NCBI RefSeq assembly: GCF_044704955.1
Contig: NC_091978.1
Coordinates: forward strand, 349,556,001 to 349,620,000
Length of the DNA: 64,000 nucleotides
Origin: Pristiophorus japonicus
Lineage: Eukaryota
Direction: 5' to 3'
The first letter of the stretch is position 1. Every line of letters begins with the position of its first letter. The position numbers were made by a program, and so were the translations under genes. A model generated the notes under the pieces. That model ran no database searches. It was not told the DNA's origin and was given only the letters and a program-made list of their open reading frames with translations. This document shows positions 38,736 to 50,913 of this stretch, one piece after another.

Positions 38736-39026
38736 GCTCTGTGTTCCTCCAACTCTGGTTTCTTGTGCACCCCCCACTATTGGTAGCTGTGCCTTCAGCC
38801 GTCTAGGCCCAAACCTCTGGAATTCCCTCCATAAACCTCTTTGCCTGTATGCTTCTCTCTCCTCCTTTAAGATGTTGCTTAAAACGTACCTCTTAGAGCA
38901 AGCATTTGACAATCTGTCTTAATATCCCCTCTCGATCTCAGTTTTTTCCTGATTATACCCCTGTGAAGCGCCTTGGGATGTTTTACTACGTTAAAGGCGC
39001 TATATAAATGCAAGTTGTTGTTGTTG
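38736..39026 (+). mobile_element. L2 3' fragment
   Basis: CTCTGGAATTCCCTCC..GTGAAGCGCCTTGGGATG..GCGCTATATAAATGCAAG(TTG)n. Confidence 0.75.
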
Positions 39027-39468
39027 ACAAAATCGGCAAGAGTGCAAAACGGGAACTAACGAATCAGCAGCCCGTTGTACACTCCAACCGATTTGCCCTT
39101 TCCATTGAGTCAACAAAAAGCGAAATCAGGCACATTGTATAACGGGCGACAATCCCTAATCGTCTGTTTTGCATCCCGTCGAAGTTGAATTTCACTCCCT
39201 TCCCTTTGTCTCCCTTTTTCTCTGTCTCGCTCAGAGCTACGAGTCATTAAGTTACACCTCAGTGAATAACTCTGATTTGTTTCACTAATTCGCTTAACTA
39301 GAATTATGTAATTCCATTCAGCAGAACAGCAACATTAAAATTTATTGGAAAGGACTGGGTTTTTGCTTTGATTGTTTTAATCCCCTTTAGTAGACTCTCT
39401 TGTACTTGCAGTAACATGTAAAATTTGCTGACACCATGCTACGTGACAGGATGAGTACAAGATTGAAA

Positions 39469-39609
39469 GGGGTAGATCTTGACTTTGAGTGATAATGTAA
39501 ACCGGGCCGGTATCTCTTCTATTGAAGTCAATGGAAATAAAAATCAGGAGAGATGTTAAAACGGGCTGCCAACTCGCTGTATACTGTCACACAAAGTCAA
39601 GATCTAACC
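39469..39609. mobile_element. Short MITE
   Basis: TIRs GGTAGATCTTGACTTTG and CAAAGTCAAGATCTAACC; internal palindrome ATTGAAGTCAAT. Confidence 0.7.
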
Positions 39610-41818
39610 TATAATATTCAACGGATTTGGACTTGTTGGGGTGGAAATTCCTTTAGGATGATTTTTGGGCCTGAAATGGGCCCCAACTGGGATTACCCGA
39701 GGCCGGACTGAAATTTGGCTTTGGAACTCCTTAATATTATTTAGCTCAGCTGCCGGTGTCTGTTGGGCCTCCACAGGTAAATGGCCCATTTTTCAAGGAT
39801 CAACATCAGGCCACTGGGCTCAATGGCAGTAATCCAAAGGTAACCGGAGGTTTTGGCGGGCGGTTAGTGGAACCACAATGGGGGAATGGTTCTCCAACAT
39901 ATTTTGAGCCAGATCCCATCAACCAAAAAACACAACCAGTGCTAGAGTCACCTTTTCTTTGTTTTTAACCAGAGATACCAGGGCGGTACTAGTATTGACA
40001 TTGAGGACAGGCAGCACATAGCGATGATTCCAAAAATTGTTTTCAGCAAAACTGAATTTTGCAGGGCAGGTACAAAAAGCCATTGGATTAAGCTCAACAG
40101 ATTGTTGGCAGGGCCTGGGGGACAGTGCAAGAAACCAGACATCAACAGAAAGAAGAGGGTTACTAATGTGCATGGGAGGTGATGAGTGGATTCTGGATCC
40201 TGTTACAGAAGACAAATTGATCAGCAGTAAAAACATTTACAATTATCCAGGATTCCTTCCCACCCTGATGGCTATTCAGCACTATAGTGGAAGTGAGCAT
40301 ATGTGGACTATGGGTGTGGCGCATGATTGCACTCACTGTAATGCTCCCCACCCCCCCAAGTGATCGAATTATCAACCGACCACTCACTGCCAAGACTGGC
40401 ACATGATTAATTAATTAGGCTGGGCAAGGTGACCGGCGACGGGCGCTTATGGAAGCATAAGTGGGCAGCCTATGTGGAACTGTACCCCAGCAGAGCTAGA
40501 AAGAGTGAGGAACAATTGGCAGGAAGAGAAGATTCATTTCCCCACCAATCTGTGAATAAATAGAATAGATTGCAAGGATAAAAAGTTTAACCTGTAACAA
40601 CAGCAACTTTTATTTATATAGCGTCTTTAACGTCGTAAAACATCCCAAGGTGCTTCACAGGAGCATTATGAGACAAAACAAATAAATTTGACACCGAGCC
40701 ACATAATCTATTTTTAAAAAGTGTTAATACATATCTGTTTAAATATGAGATTAGAGGTTATAAGGTTAAGGAAGGGACCTAACTTTCTTTGGAACAAGAC
40801 TGTTGAAACTGTGCAGGAACTATTGGAACATAGAAACTATAGCATTCAGGAACAGGAGCAGGCCCTTCAGCCCTTCAAGCCTCTTCCGCCATTTAATTAG
40901 ATGATGGCTGATACTGACGCGTCATCTGTGGAATGTAACTGGTCAAACCTGTAAGTGTGGACTTAAGCGTCAATTAATATTCTGGGAGTTTGCTTAATTG
41001 TTTTTGAGGGAAATGTTATGGGAGATTATTTTCTTGAAGGTTTACTTTTGGTTAGCTGCCACCATCATGAGATTGATTAGGTTAGTTTAAGTGACAGAGC
41101 CATTATGCCATGTACATTAAATGTGGAAGAAATGGGCTTGCTGAGCTGACTGGGCGATTCTCTTTCCTTGTGTTTCTCTTTCTTTCATGAGGCTTATAGA
41201 AGCAAAAGAGTTAACAATTATTGTACTGTTTTTGCTGACTTTAAGCGGACTGACAGATTTGACAGAAAATTTCTCTGATCATGTACTACCATCATTATCG
41301 AGTGAAAATTAGTTTTCCATTCACTTTGTTGCACTTGTGGTTTATATCACCAAAATATTTACTGTCAAAGAGGTATGCAGACCATATTGACACAATTATG
41401 TGCCTCCAATTTTCATAGTTCGTCACTAAAAGTAATGCTGACCTTTTTGGGATGAATCATGCTCTAAGTGTGTTTTTGGTTTGTGTGCTTCTGATGGGTA
41501 TTTGATGTGAGACAGATCTGTGTGAAGAGAGGTTGCTGTAATGTCTAGACTTATCATTACAATGGGAAAATTTCACACAGCCGCTTCATTGATCCCAAAA
41601 TTACTAATATCTACCTTCCACTGAGCATTTGGATAAAGTTCAAAATAATTAAATGATTATAAGTTACTTCACAAAGCTAATAGGAAAAAAAACTTGCTGC
41701 ACATGTAATTGCTGTACCTGAATACTAGATCAAAAGTAAATTGCTCAGTTACCCCTATGACTCAGTGGTAAATGCACAAAGTGGTTTCTCACTGTGTGGT
41801 GTGTTACTGTGTGATGTA

Positions 41819-42023
41819 TCATCATCATAGGAAGTCCCTCGGAATCGAGGAAGACTTGCTTCCACTCTTAAAATGAGTCCTTAGGTGGCTGAACAGTCCA
41901 ATATGAGAACCAAAGTCCCTGTCACAGGTGGGACAGATAGTCGTTGAAGGAAAGGGTGGGTGGGGCAGGTTTGCCGCATGCTCCTTCCGCTGCCTGCACT
42001 TGATTTCTGCATGCTCTCGATGA
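41819..42023 (-). mobile_element. 5'-truncated RTE LINE
   Basis: Matches 54027-54235; TSD TGATGTA at 41812-41818 and 42051-42057. Confidence 0.9.
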
Positions 42024-42166
42024 TTGGTTTGTGTGCTTCTGATGGGTATTTGATGTAATTAGTAATTAAAAAATTGGCACACAGGTCTGGAGCAGGAAGA
42101 GAGACAGAATTGTATACGGCACTAAATCACTCATGATGCTGAGAGAGACTGAATTACTATTTGGAA

Positions 42167-42512
42167 TGGTAGCATAGTGGTAATGTTACTAGACTAGTAA
42201 TCCAAAGACCTGGATTAATGATCCAGAGACGTGAGTTTCACAACCCACCACGGCTGGTATATCAAGCCAGTATCAGTAATAGTGACAATGAAACTAGTGG
42301 TTTGTCATAAAACCCATCTGGTTCACTAATGTCCTGTAAGGAAAGAAATCTGCCATTTTTACCCGTTCTGGCCTATATGTGACTCCACACCCACAGCAAT
42401 ATGGTAGACTTGTAACTGCCCTCTGAAATGGCCTAGCAAGCCATTCAAGGGCAATTAGGGATGGGCAATACATGCTGGCCTTGCCAGCGACACCCACATC
42501 CTGTGAATGAAT
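42167..42512 (+). mobile_element. tRNA-derived SINE sharing its 3' tail with the LINE at 1490-1862 and 26250-26590
   Basis: A-box-like TAGCATAGTGG head; tail TCAAGGGCAATTAGGGATGGGCAATA.ATGCTGGCCTTGCCAGC..CCCACATCC. Confidence 0.7.
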
Positions 42513-43698
42513 TTTTAAAATCCTATGCTTTCTCATTTTACACTTACACAAATCAAATCTTAAGAGGCGAAATGAAAGTACAGCCAGAAAGTGAATAGCA
42601 AACATGGGTGAAAGATATACGTAAGAGAGAACAAACTGATTATTTTCCACATCTTTCACCAGTTTGGAAATTATAAAAAAGGTTTTCATCAATCTTATTC
42701 TGCTGCGACCTACAAACTGCGCTACTTCTGATTCAAAATTTCCATGATTTATTCAGTAATGAAGACCACAGAAATAAAATACAATGTTTACAAAAGTGTA
42801 CTAATGAGCTCCCCTCGATAAAAGGAATATATTTTCAAAGAGAATTATAGTTCACATTGCTGAAATGTGAATGTGAACTATGGCATTTATGAGACAAGAA
42901 ATATGTTTCTCATCACTGATAGCTGCCTATGAAATCCATAGCCACAAAGAGTCTTTTCTAAACAGTTAATGCAAAATTGATACATTTTGGCTCCATTTAA
43001 ACCACAAGTCCGTATTTTATTGCTTCCAAAATCCACATATGAAACTATCATTTTAAATCATTTGCTTTTAAGAAATGCATATTGAGCAAAAGATTGCAAA
43101 TTATGTGGATTCTGTAAGGATATTCATTTATCACGTTTGCATTAACAAAGCAATTTTAGCCAACATTCCAGGAATGTTGGTTAGAAGGATTGTCAAGACA
43201 GATAAAGCTGGGAGACGTTGATGTGTGTTTCTGTTGGCCATCCACTTGCATATTAATAGATGAGCTACATTCGAAAATAAACCAGCCAGTTCCACTGACT
43301 AATTTCACACCCATTTTCCTTCTAAAATGTCTAACTTTTGCAACTGTGACTCCAGAAAAACTTGGAGAATGAACACGTTTGTTGTGAAAGAACCATATTA
43401 GTAAATACACCACAAAAATGAGTCCATCAGAGAGTAATTCTAGCACATTGTTTTTAGTTGGCCAAACTGATAGATTTGAATTTCACTTGTTTTGGTGTTA
43501 TTGGATAAGAAATGGAAAAAGGGGTTCCATTTAAAATCTAATTGTTTTTAGAAGGATTAGTTCAATTAACAAATGAAGCAAAGTTCAAATCTGGCATGCT
43601 TTGGAGGAATTCATTGGGTGTTTTTTGAATGATGTATATTGAGAATATGCTGAATATCTTTTCTGAATGTGTCCTTCTATTTATATTACGAATTGTTA

Positions 43699-44230
43699 AC
43701 AACAACTTGCATTTATATAGCACCTTTAATGTAACTTTTGGTCACCTGCCCTGATTTCTCCTTTTGTGGTTCAGTGTCAAATATTTTATCTCACAATACT
43801 CCTGTGAAGCGCCTTGGGACGTTTCACTATGTTAAGGGCGCTATATAAAAACAAGCTGTTGTTGTTGTTGTTAAAACATCCCAAGATGCTTCACAAGAGC
43901 GTAATCAGACAAAAATTGACACCGGGCCACAGGCGATATTATGACAGGAACTTGGTCAAAGAGGTAGGTTTTATGGAGCATCTTAAAGGAAAAGAGAGAG
44001 GTAGAGAGGCAGAGGGATTTATGGAATCACAGAATCATAGAAATTTACAGCATGGAAGGAGGCCATTTCGGCCCATCATGTCTGTGCTATCCAACAAAGA
44101 GTTATGCAGACTTATAAAGTTTAGGGAAGGAATTCCAGAGCTTAGGGTCTAGGCAGCTGAAGGCACAACCGCCAATGGTGGAGCAAAGAAAATCGGGGAT
44201 GCGGAAGAGGCCAGGATTGGAGGAGTGCAG
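43699..44230. mobile_element. Cluster of L2 3' fragments in both orientations plus a short CR1 tail
   Basis: (AAC)n/(GTT)n L2 tails at 43699 and 43860; CR1-type GAATCATAGAAAT..GGCCATTTCGGCCC near 44025-44100. Confidence 0.6.
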
Positions 44231-45044
44231 TGATCTCGAAGGATTGCAACTCCTCATTAATACTCAGTTGATTTTTTTTTGTCGTGGATTTTCAGGTATC
44301 ATGTGCTCTTCATCTACAGGACAGCACAGATTATGACATTTCAAAGATTATACCATCGTGAAACACAGGTTAGTTCCATTCAAGAGACATCAGGCCTGAG
44401 TTTGCTTGCAGGTTGTGGGGCATAATGTTGGTGGGGGGACCTCCGGTTTGGAGCATATATTGGGCCGGAACCAGTTTTAAGCAGGCCTCCGCCCTATTTT
44501 CAGGCTGACAACATTTCTGGCTCAGGTGGGGGAAGGGCACACCCTCCACTTACCCACAGATATTTAAATCGGATGGGTCCACGTCATGGGGTGAATCCGA
44601 CAGAGCAGATCATGTGACTTTGACAATGGGTGGGTGAACCACTCCAACAGACGGTGAAGCTAAAAACCCACCATCATAACTTTCTAGTGCCTGTCATTTT
44701 CACCGCCTTTGAACTCAATGGGGACATCGTGCACTGGGCTCTATTGGAGTAAACGGGGCGGCAAGAGTCTAAAAATGGAATCGATAGTGTTACCGCCCGG
44801 TAACCCCAATGATCGGCCTCCTGCAGCCATCATAGGGGCCTACCGCTGGGCAGCTCAAGAATCTGCCTGAAAAATGTGGTAGACCTCTCTCCGAGGCAAT
44901 TCGAGGTTCTAATGAGGTAGTTAATTATAAGGGACACATGGTTGAAGCTTGCAACACAAATATTCAGGACCATGTGTACTGATGTTCTATACAGGAAACG
45001 GCCAGAAAAAAATTAAACATTTTTAATTCTTAACATTTTTTAGG

Positions 45045-45450
45045 ACTTCAGTTATGTGGAGAAACTAGAGAAGGTGGGAAGATTAAGGGGAGATTTAGTC
45101 GAGGTGTTCAACATTATGAGGGGTTTGATAGAACAGATAAGGAGAAACTATTTGCACTGGCAAAAGGTTTGGTAACCAGAAGACACAGATTTAAGGTATT
45201 TGGCCAAGAACCAGAGGGGAGAAGAAAAGACATTTGTTTACGCAGCAAATTGTTATGATCTAGAATGCACTGTCTGAAAGAGTGGTGGATGCAGATTCAA
45301 TAATAACTTTCAAAAAGGAACTGTATATCTGCTTGAAAAGGAATAATTTACAGGGTTATGGGGAAAGAGCGGGGAAATTGAACTAATTGGCTTTCAAAGA
45401 GCCAGCACAGGCATGATGGGCCAAATGGCCACTTTCTGTGCTGTATGATT
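45045..45450 (+). mobile_element. Degenerate CR1 3' fragment
   Basis: RLRGDLVEVFNIMRG..TRRHRFKV..NALSERVVDA; ATGGGCCAAATGGCC tail. Confidence 0.75.
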
Positions 45451-46609
45451 GGATGCATATGTAAGCTGGTTCTTTGTGGAGCCAGATGAAGCAGGAATGC
45501 TCCTTCTGGCTCCACAAAAATAGCACTGGCCACTATCGGCCTAGATTCACCCCGCCTCATCATTGCCTTCCCCACCCCCCAGAAAACCTACCTGCTGGAG
45601 TCCAACTAGCAACATTCATGAGGCACAAGAGCGGCGGACTATATCGGTACGCTCGTTGGCCATCCGCAACTCGCCTGCCAAATTCAAAAGAGGAACTGGG
45701 CCTGAAAACTACGGCCGCCTCTCTGTCACTAGAACGGCGGCCAGCCAGTCTGCCCGATGTACGTCACACATGAAAATCAACTCCAAAGAGTCAGAACTTG
45801 TGGAGATACTTATCATGGGTCAATTGCTGGTCATGACATGTCCTCTATTTCTATAACCTTTAGATAGCTTACACTTAAAGTATGAGTTGGTAAGATGTAA
45901 GTAAGTCATGGGAGCATTGATGGAACTATCAGGCGAGTAAAACTACTGTTTAACGCAGTTACTGGCATAATCCTAATTACAGAGTCAGAGGCCCAACTCA
46001 ATCAGTAAGAATTCTGCTTCCCACCACACAGTGCAGGGGAGGGTAGTAGGTGGAGTGTCTATTAAAAAAGCAACTTAAACTGAAAGACAGGAACACACTA
46101 GTCCTTATTTACCATTCTTAGATGCTTCCAGTCTCTGAATCACAACCAATTAATTACAACTCACAGGCACCATGCTTGGCAATGTTTATTTAACCCTCTA
46201 ATTACTAAAGAATGACAAACAATAAACATAGCAAGATTATAGGCTTTGAAAGTTTACTCTACGAATACTAAAATACGCTTTATAATTCTGTGCCGGTCTC
46301 TATATTGCGATTTTACTCCATAATATTCACCAAAAAAAAATGGACTGCACCGGTCAATTCTGAGGCATTTGTATTGTAGAACCATTCAAGAAAAAGCAAT
46401 TGTGTATTATTCTAGGCTCCCAATATTGCAGAATGTGTCCCTTTTATATTGTGGGGTGAATTCCACAGCACTGGAGTAGAACCACAAAAAAGAACTGTGT
46501 TTGTAAACGTGTACAAGCACAAAGGTTTTTGAAAGTCGTGATTCACAACTTTCAGTGTCACTGCGAAAGGTCGGTACAGGCTGACAATAGGAATATCATA
46601 TTGCTTGAC

Positions 46610-47312
46610 TAAACCAGACTGTTCGCAACATAGGCATCATATCCGCGGTATAACTAAAACTGCCTGTTTCTACCTCCTTAACATTGCCCACATTCCGCCC
46701 CTGCGTCAACTCTTCTGCTGCTAAAATCCTCATCCATGCCTTTGTTACCTCTAGACTTGACTACTCCAATGCACTCCTGTCTGGCCTCCCACATTCTACA
46801 CTACGTAAACTTGAGGTGATCCAAAACTCGGCAGCCCGTGTCCTAACTCGCACCAAGTTCCGTTCACTCATCACCCCTGTGCTCGCTGACCTACATTGGC
46901 TCCCGGTTAAGCAATGCCACGATTACAACATTTTCATCCTGGTTTACAAATCCCTCCATGGCCTTATGTCTCCCTATCTCTGTAACCTCTTTCAGCCTGT
47001 CTGCGATCCTCAAATTCTGCCCTCTTGAGCATCCCTGATTATCACTGCTCAATCATCGATGGCCGTGCCTTCAGCTGTTTGGGCCCTAAGCTCTGGAACG
47101 CCCTGCCTAAACCTCTCCACCTCTCTTTCCTCCTTTAAGACGCTCCTTAAAACCCACCTCTTTATACCACGCTTTTGGTCACCTGCCATCATTTCTTCTT
47201 GTGTGGCTCGGTGTCAAATTTATCTGCTTTGTCTTACAACACTACTGTGAAGCACCTTGGGATGTTTTACTACATTAAAGGCACTATATAAATAAAAGTT
47301 GTTGTTGCTGTT
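46610..47312 (+). mobile_element. L2 LINE 3' part
   Basis: LIHAFVTSRLDYSNALLSGLP..LEVIQNSAARVL..ITPVLADLHWLPV; (GTT)n tail. Confidence 0.92.
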
Positions 47313-47702
47313 GGCTGCCCAAGCCGGCTCTGAGTGCTGACACTGGTAAAAGCTGCCTTCTGAGGTGCTGAGTGGATCTTGGTGCTTCCAGAGATAACTG
47401 TACTGCAACCAAAGTTGAAGCTTCTGATGGCAGCAAGCACTGTAAGGTAGACTTGAAGAATGGCCCTTGGATGACGTGCAGTGGAATTTGCTTTAAGTAA
47501 CGGATGATACTAAACTGGGGAAGAATGGTGAGTGAAGAGTAAGCAGCCAGGGACCTACGAAAGGAGTTGGATAAAATCTGGAAAAATACTACTCAGTAGC
47601 AGATCAAATTCAATGCAGACATATGCAAGATCTACACATTCGAAGGAAAAATCTATCACAAGTAAATAATTGATGATGTAGAAATGATTAATGGTGAAGT
47701 GG

Positions 47703-47870
47703 AAAGAAAGACTTGCATTTATATAGTGCCTTTCACGATCACTCGAAGTCCCAACGCGCTTTACAGCCAATGAAGTACTTTTTGAAGTGTAGTCACTGTT
47801 GTAATGTAGGAAACACAGCAGCCAATTTGCACACAGCAAGCTCCCACAAACAGCAATGTGATAATGACCA
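47703..47870 (-). mobile_element. Deu-SINE 3' fragment
   Basis: Reverse complement of the 27670-27837 tail. Confidence 0.8.
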
Positions 47871-48239
47871 TGATAATGGGGAAGAAATTCGTGAGTGCCC
47901 CATTTGGGGTGCTAACTTTTCAAAGTTGGAAAAATTAGCACCAGAAGCTAATGTTTTCTAACTTAAAAAAATTCGGCATTAGCGCTCCGGGGAGGAAGTG
48001 GAGCGCTAAATCAAGCAATGACCATTAGCTGAAATGGTTTTCCAAGCAGAGTAATGGAAGAAAAAATCTTATTTTTATTTAAGATGCTAGTATGGTACTT
48101 GTATAGTGTTAACTAAAAACTGGATGGTCCCCTGATGAGAGTAAGCACACTGTAAGGAATTACGTTTGTATTTCTTTTGTTATTCTGTAAGGAAATATTC
48201 TCGAGGGGAAAATAAAAGCAGCTAGTTATTACCACACCA

Positions 48240-48410
48240 CACGAGGCTCCCAAAGCAAACGCTCGACTCGGAACTCATTCATGGCAAGCGAGCCAAAGAT
48301 GGGCAGAGGAAACGTTACAAGAACACCCTCAAAGCCTCCCTGATAAAGTGCAACATCCCCGCTGACACCTGGGAGTCCCTGGCCAAAGACCGCCCAAAGT
48401 AGAGGAAGGA
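48240..48410 (+). mobile_element. RTE ORF fragment
   Basis: TRLPKQ..ELIHGKRAKDGQRKRYKNTLKASLIKCNIPADTWESLAKDRPK. Confidence 0.85.
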
Positions 48411-48825
48411 CCTTGATGCCTGGTGCTAGTGGCAGGTACTATAAGCAGCAAGCTAACGATCTCAGTCAAGCAGGTCGGGCGAGACACTTCCCCAGAGGGA
48501 AAATGGTCCAAATAAATAAGAGAAACAGCATGTAAAGTGGGTTCGATATTTTTTGAAACTCTTACAGCCTGAGATCTTACCTCATGAAATTCATGTGTTT
48601 GCAGAAACCTGATTGTCCTTGATTTCTTCTGGATTTCAAGCACCTGAAATTGATGCTATTTCATGTAGTTAACAAATTGAACTCTTTATATTGTACACAT
48701 AGTTGCTTGCTCTCGGTTTCTACAGGCTGCGCTGTACTTTCGCTCTCTTTTCTACTTAAAACATGCAGTTTTTCTTTGTTTACTTGTCACTTGTCATTTT
48801 ACTCGATATCCTATTTGTTTACCTG

Positions 48826-49222
48826 TCCCTCGAACGAGGATGACTTGCCTCGAATGAGGATGACTTGCTTCCACAAGAGTTTGCAGATGTTTCGATAAAG
48901 GACCTGATGTTGCAGTCCTGATCTCCAATTCAGGGGGTGGAAGATGCCTGTGCCTGGATTTTTTTAACGTGTGGTGACCGTTGCACATCAGCCACCACAT
49001 GGGCTTGACAGAGCTAGGTCTTTATCCAGTGGCAAAGGTTAACCAAGATGACTGGAGACCTGCTCTGCTACACAGACCTAGTGCGCGCACATATCGCAGT
49101 GTGGGCTGGGCCCGTGCTGCCCCTGGGCCCTCGGCTCCTTTGAGCCCCCGTACCCTCATTCGCCGCACCTCTGCCCACGATGTTCCAGGGCCCGGCGCTC
49201 CAGCTCCATTTATAGCCCCGAC
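48826..49222 (-). mobile_element. Short non-coding RTE-related element
   Basis: 3' end GGAAGCAAGTCATCCTCG resembles the RTE 3' end; no ORF; same 3' end as 8912-9012. Confidence 0.6.
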
Positions 49223-50328
49223 GTATTAAGTGATAACGTTTCATTAGTCTTCGGTTTGGAAGTAGCAGTGGTTCATTTTCCAAACTGTAGATTGATGGTC
49301 AGGAGCAACTCCCGTGTGAACAATTTTAAAAGCATGCTGAACTAAAAATTGCTTCTCGAAAGCTAAGGTACAATTATAAAGATAATCTTAAACTTTTGCA
49401 CATTTGCATTGTCTGAACCACAGGAGTGGGAATTTGTAGACGTCTCCACCCAGTTTTAGGTTTGGTTGAACCAGCGGAAATGGTTTTGAATGTTACAAGG
49501 TAATGTGACTGATGCAGTCTCACCCTGTTCCTTCACTTACCCCTGGATGTCTTATGACGCACTGACTAGTCGCTTCATGTAATTCTTATGGCTTCTGTTC
49601 ATTCCTGCCAACTCCAAACACCCAGTCAGACTCATCATTTAATGCTTTTCCAGTATAAAAATTGCTAATTTTATACATTTAACTTCATTCTGACTGCTAC
49701 CTTGTCGGAACTAATTATAGTGACTATTGGCTTCTCGGCCACAGGGGGACTAACCTTTTACCTAGTTCTCAAGCTTCAAGGTGACTAACTATCTTATGCC
49801 TCTATATGCATCAGGATCTTCCACTTTCCAACTCTCTTATTTTTTGTTTCCCAATTATTGTACCTTTATCTACTCCAATCTCATTGCTTGCGCCCAGATC
49901 AGATCTCAACACAGCTTTTCTCACAGATATCAAAGCTTTTCTCATCTTTTAAATTTTAAACCTCAAACATTTAATTGTATTTCCAGCCCCAGCCTCTGGC
50001 TCCACAGTAATCCTATTGCAAAGACATGTTGAACACCTTAAATGCTGTGCAGCATTCTCAAGATCAATTTTTATTCTCCAGGGGGAAAAAAAATGTAATC
50101 ATACAGAAGACTTCACGTTTGATCTTTGCAGCTCTCCATTGTTTGTTTTTTTGGTGTAATAATGAGGCTAAAGAAAACTGCAGCAGAATTTATTTTCTGC
50201 TCCAACATGCAGTTGGTTCACATGTGGGTCCTAGTGACTTCTATTGACACTTCAAGGATGCTATATCCTTGTCGAAATCAACACCACAATTCCCGCTCCC
50301 ACCCGCCAGCCCTGATGTCATTCCCAAC

Positions 50329-50913
50329 TGTAATGTATTTGCTTCATGGGTTCTTTGCTTAAGAATTCATAGCAACACATTGCTATTAAGAACTGGTTGG
50401 TTTATTAACAAAGATTTAACAATCACACCACACATTACCAGTTCATGCACTAGGCTCACAACTGCATACCTCATCGTGGACCTAGACCAACTGACTGGGG
50501 TTTTATTGAGTCTTGTGAACATTATGTGACTGGCTAAGCCACTCACAATGCAACAGCTCTACAACTATTTTAAAATAAACAGATAAAGCTGCGACCTTAT
50601 TGAAGGGGGACTAAAACCCACAAAATATCAAATAAAACTTTAAAGGGAACTTAAAAGATCAAATTAAAATTTGGTTGCCGGGGGTGCAACAGCTCTACAA
50701 TTTTAAAGTAACATTCAATCAAGTGCCCCCTTTTAGTAAGGGCACGAGAACTCACAAATTTCCAAGTAAAACTTTAAAAGAAACTTAAATCAAATTAAAA
50801 TTTGGTTGCTGGAGTAATGATGCACTCCAGTCCCTCTGGTGCCCACCTCTCGCGGAAGGCTGCGAGAGTACCGGTGGACACCGCGGCAACAGCTCTACAA
50901 ACCTGTGAGCACA
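50329..50913 (-). mobile_element. Second solo-LTR-like copy carrying two tandem Tx1 3' fragments (50565-50686 and 50701-50886)
   Basis: Aligns to 8773-9121 and 22143-22154; target 14-mer at 50551, 50687 and 50887; both fragments contain TCAAATTAAAATTTGGTTGC (stop plus NQILI on the minus strand). Confidence 0.88.

Noticed and set aside
39973-40069. Candidate exon RYQGGTSIDIEDRQHIAMIPKIVFSKTEFCRA
   Set aside because: The donor (GTACAA) is weak, I recognise no homology, and its phase is incompatible with the 44296 candidate.
44296-44368. Candidate exon (TTTTCAG|...CAG|GTTAGT; YHVLFIYRTAQIMTFQRLYHRETQ)
   Set aside because: The splice signals are plausible, but the peptide is unrecognised and I found no phase-compatible partner exon. 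RNA-seq would be needed.
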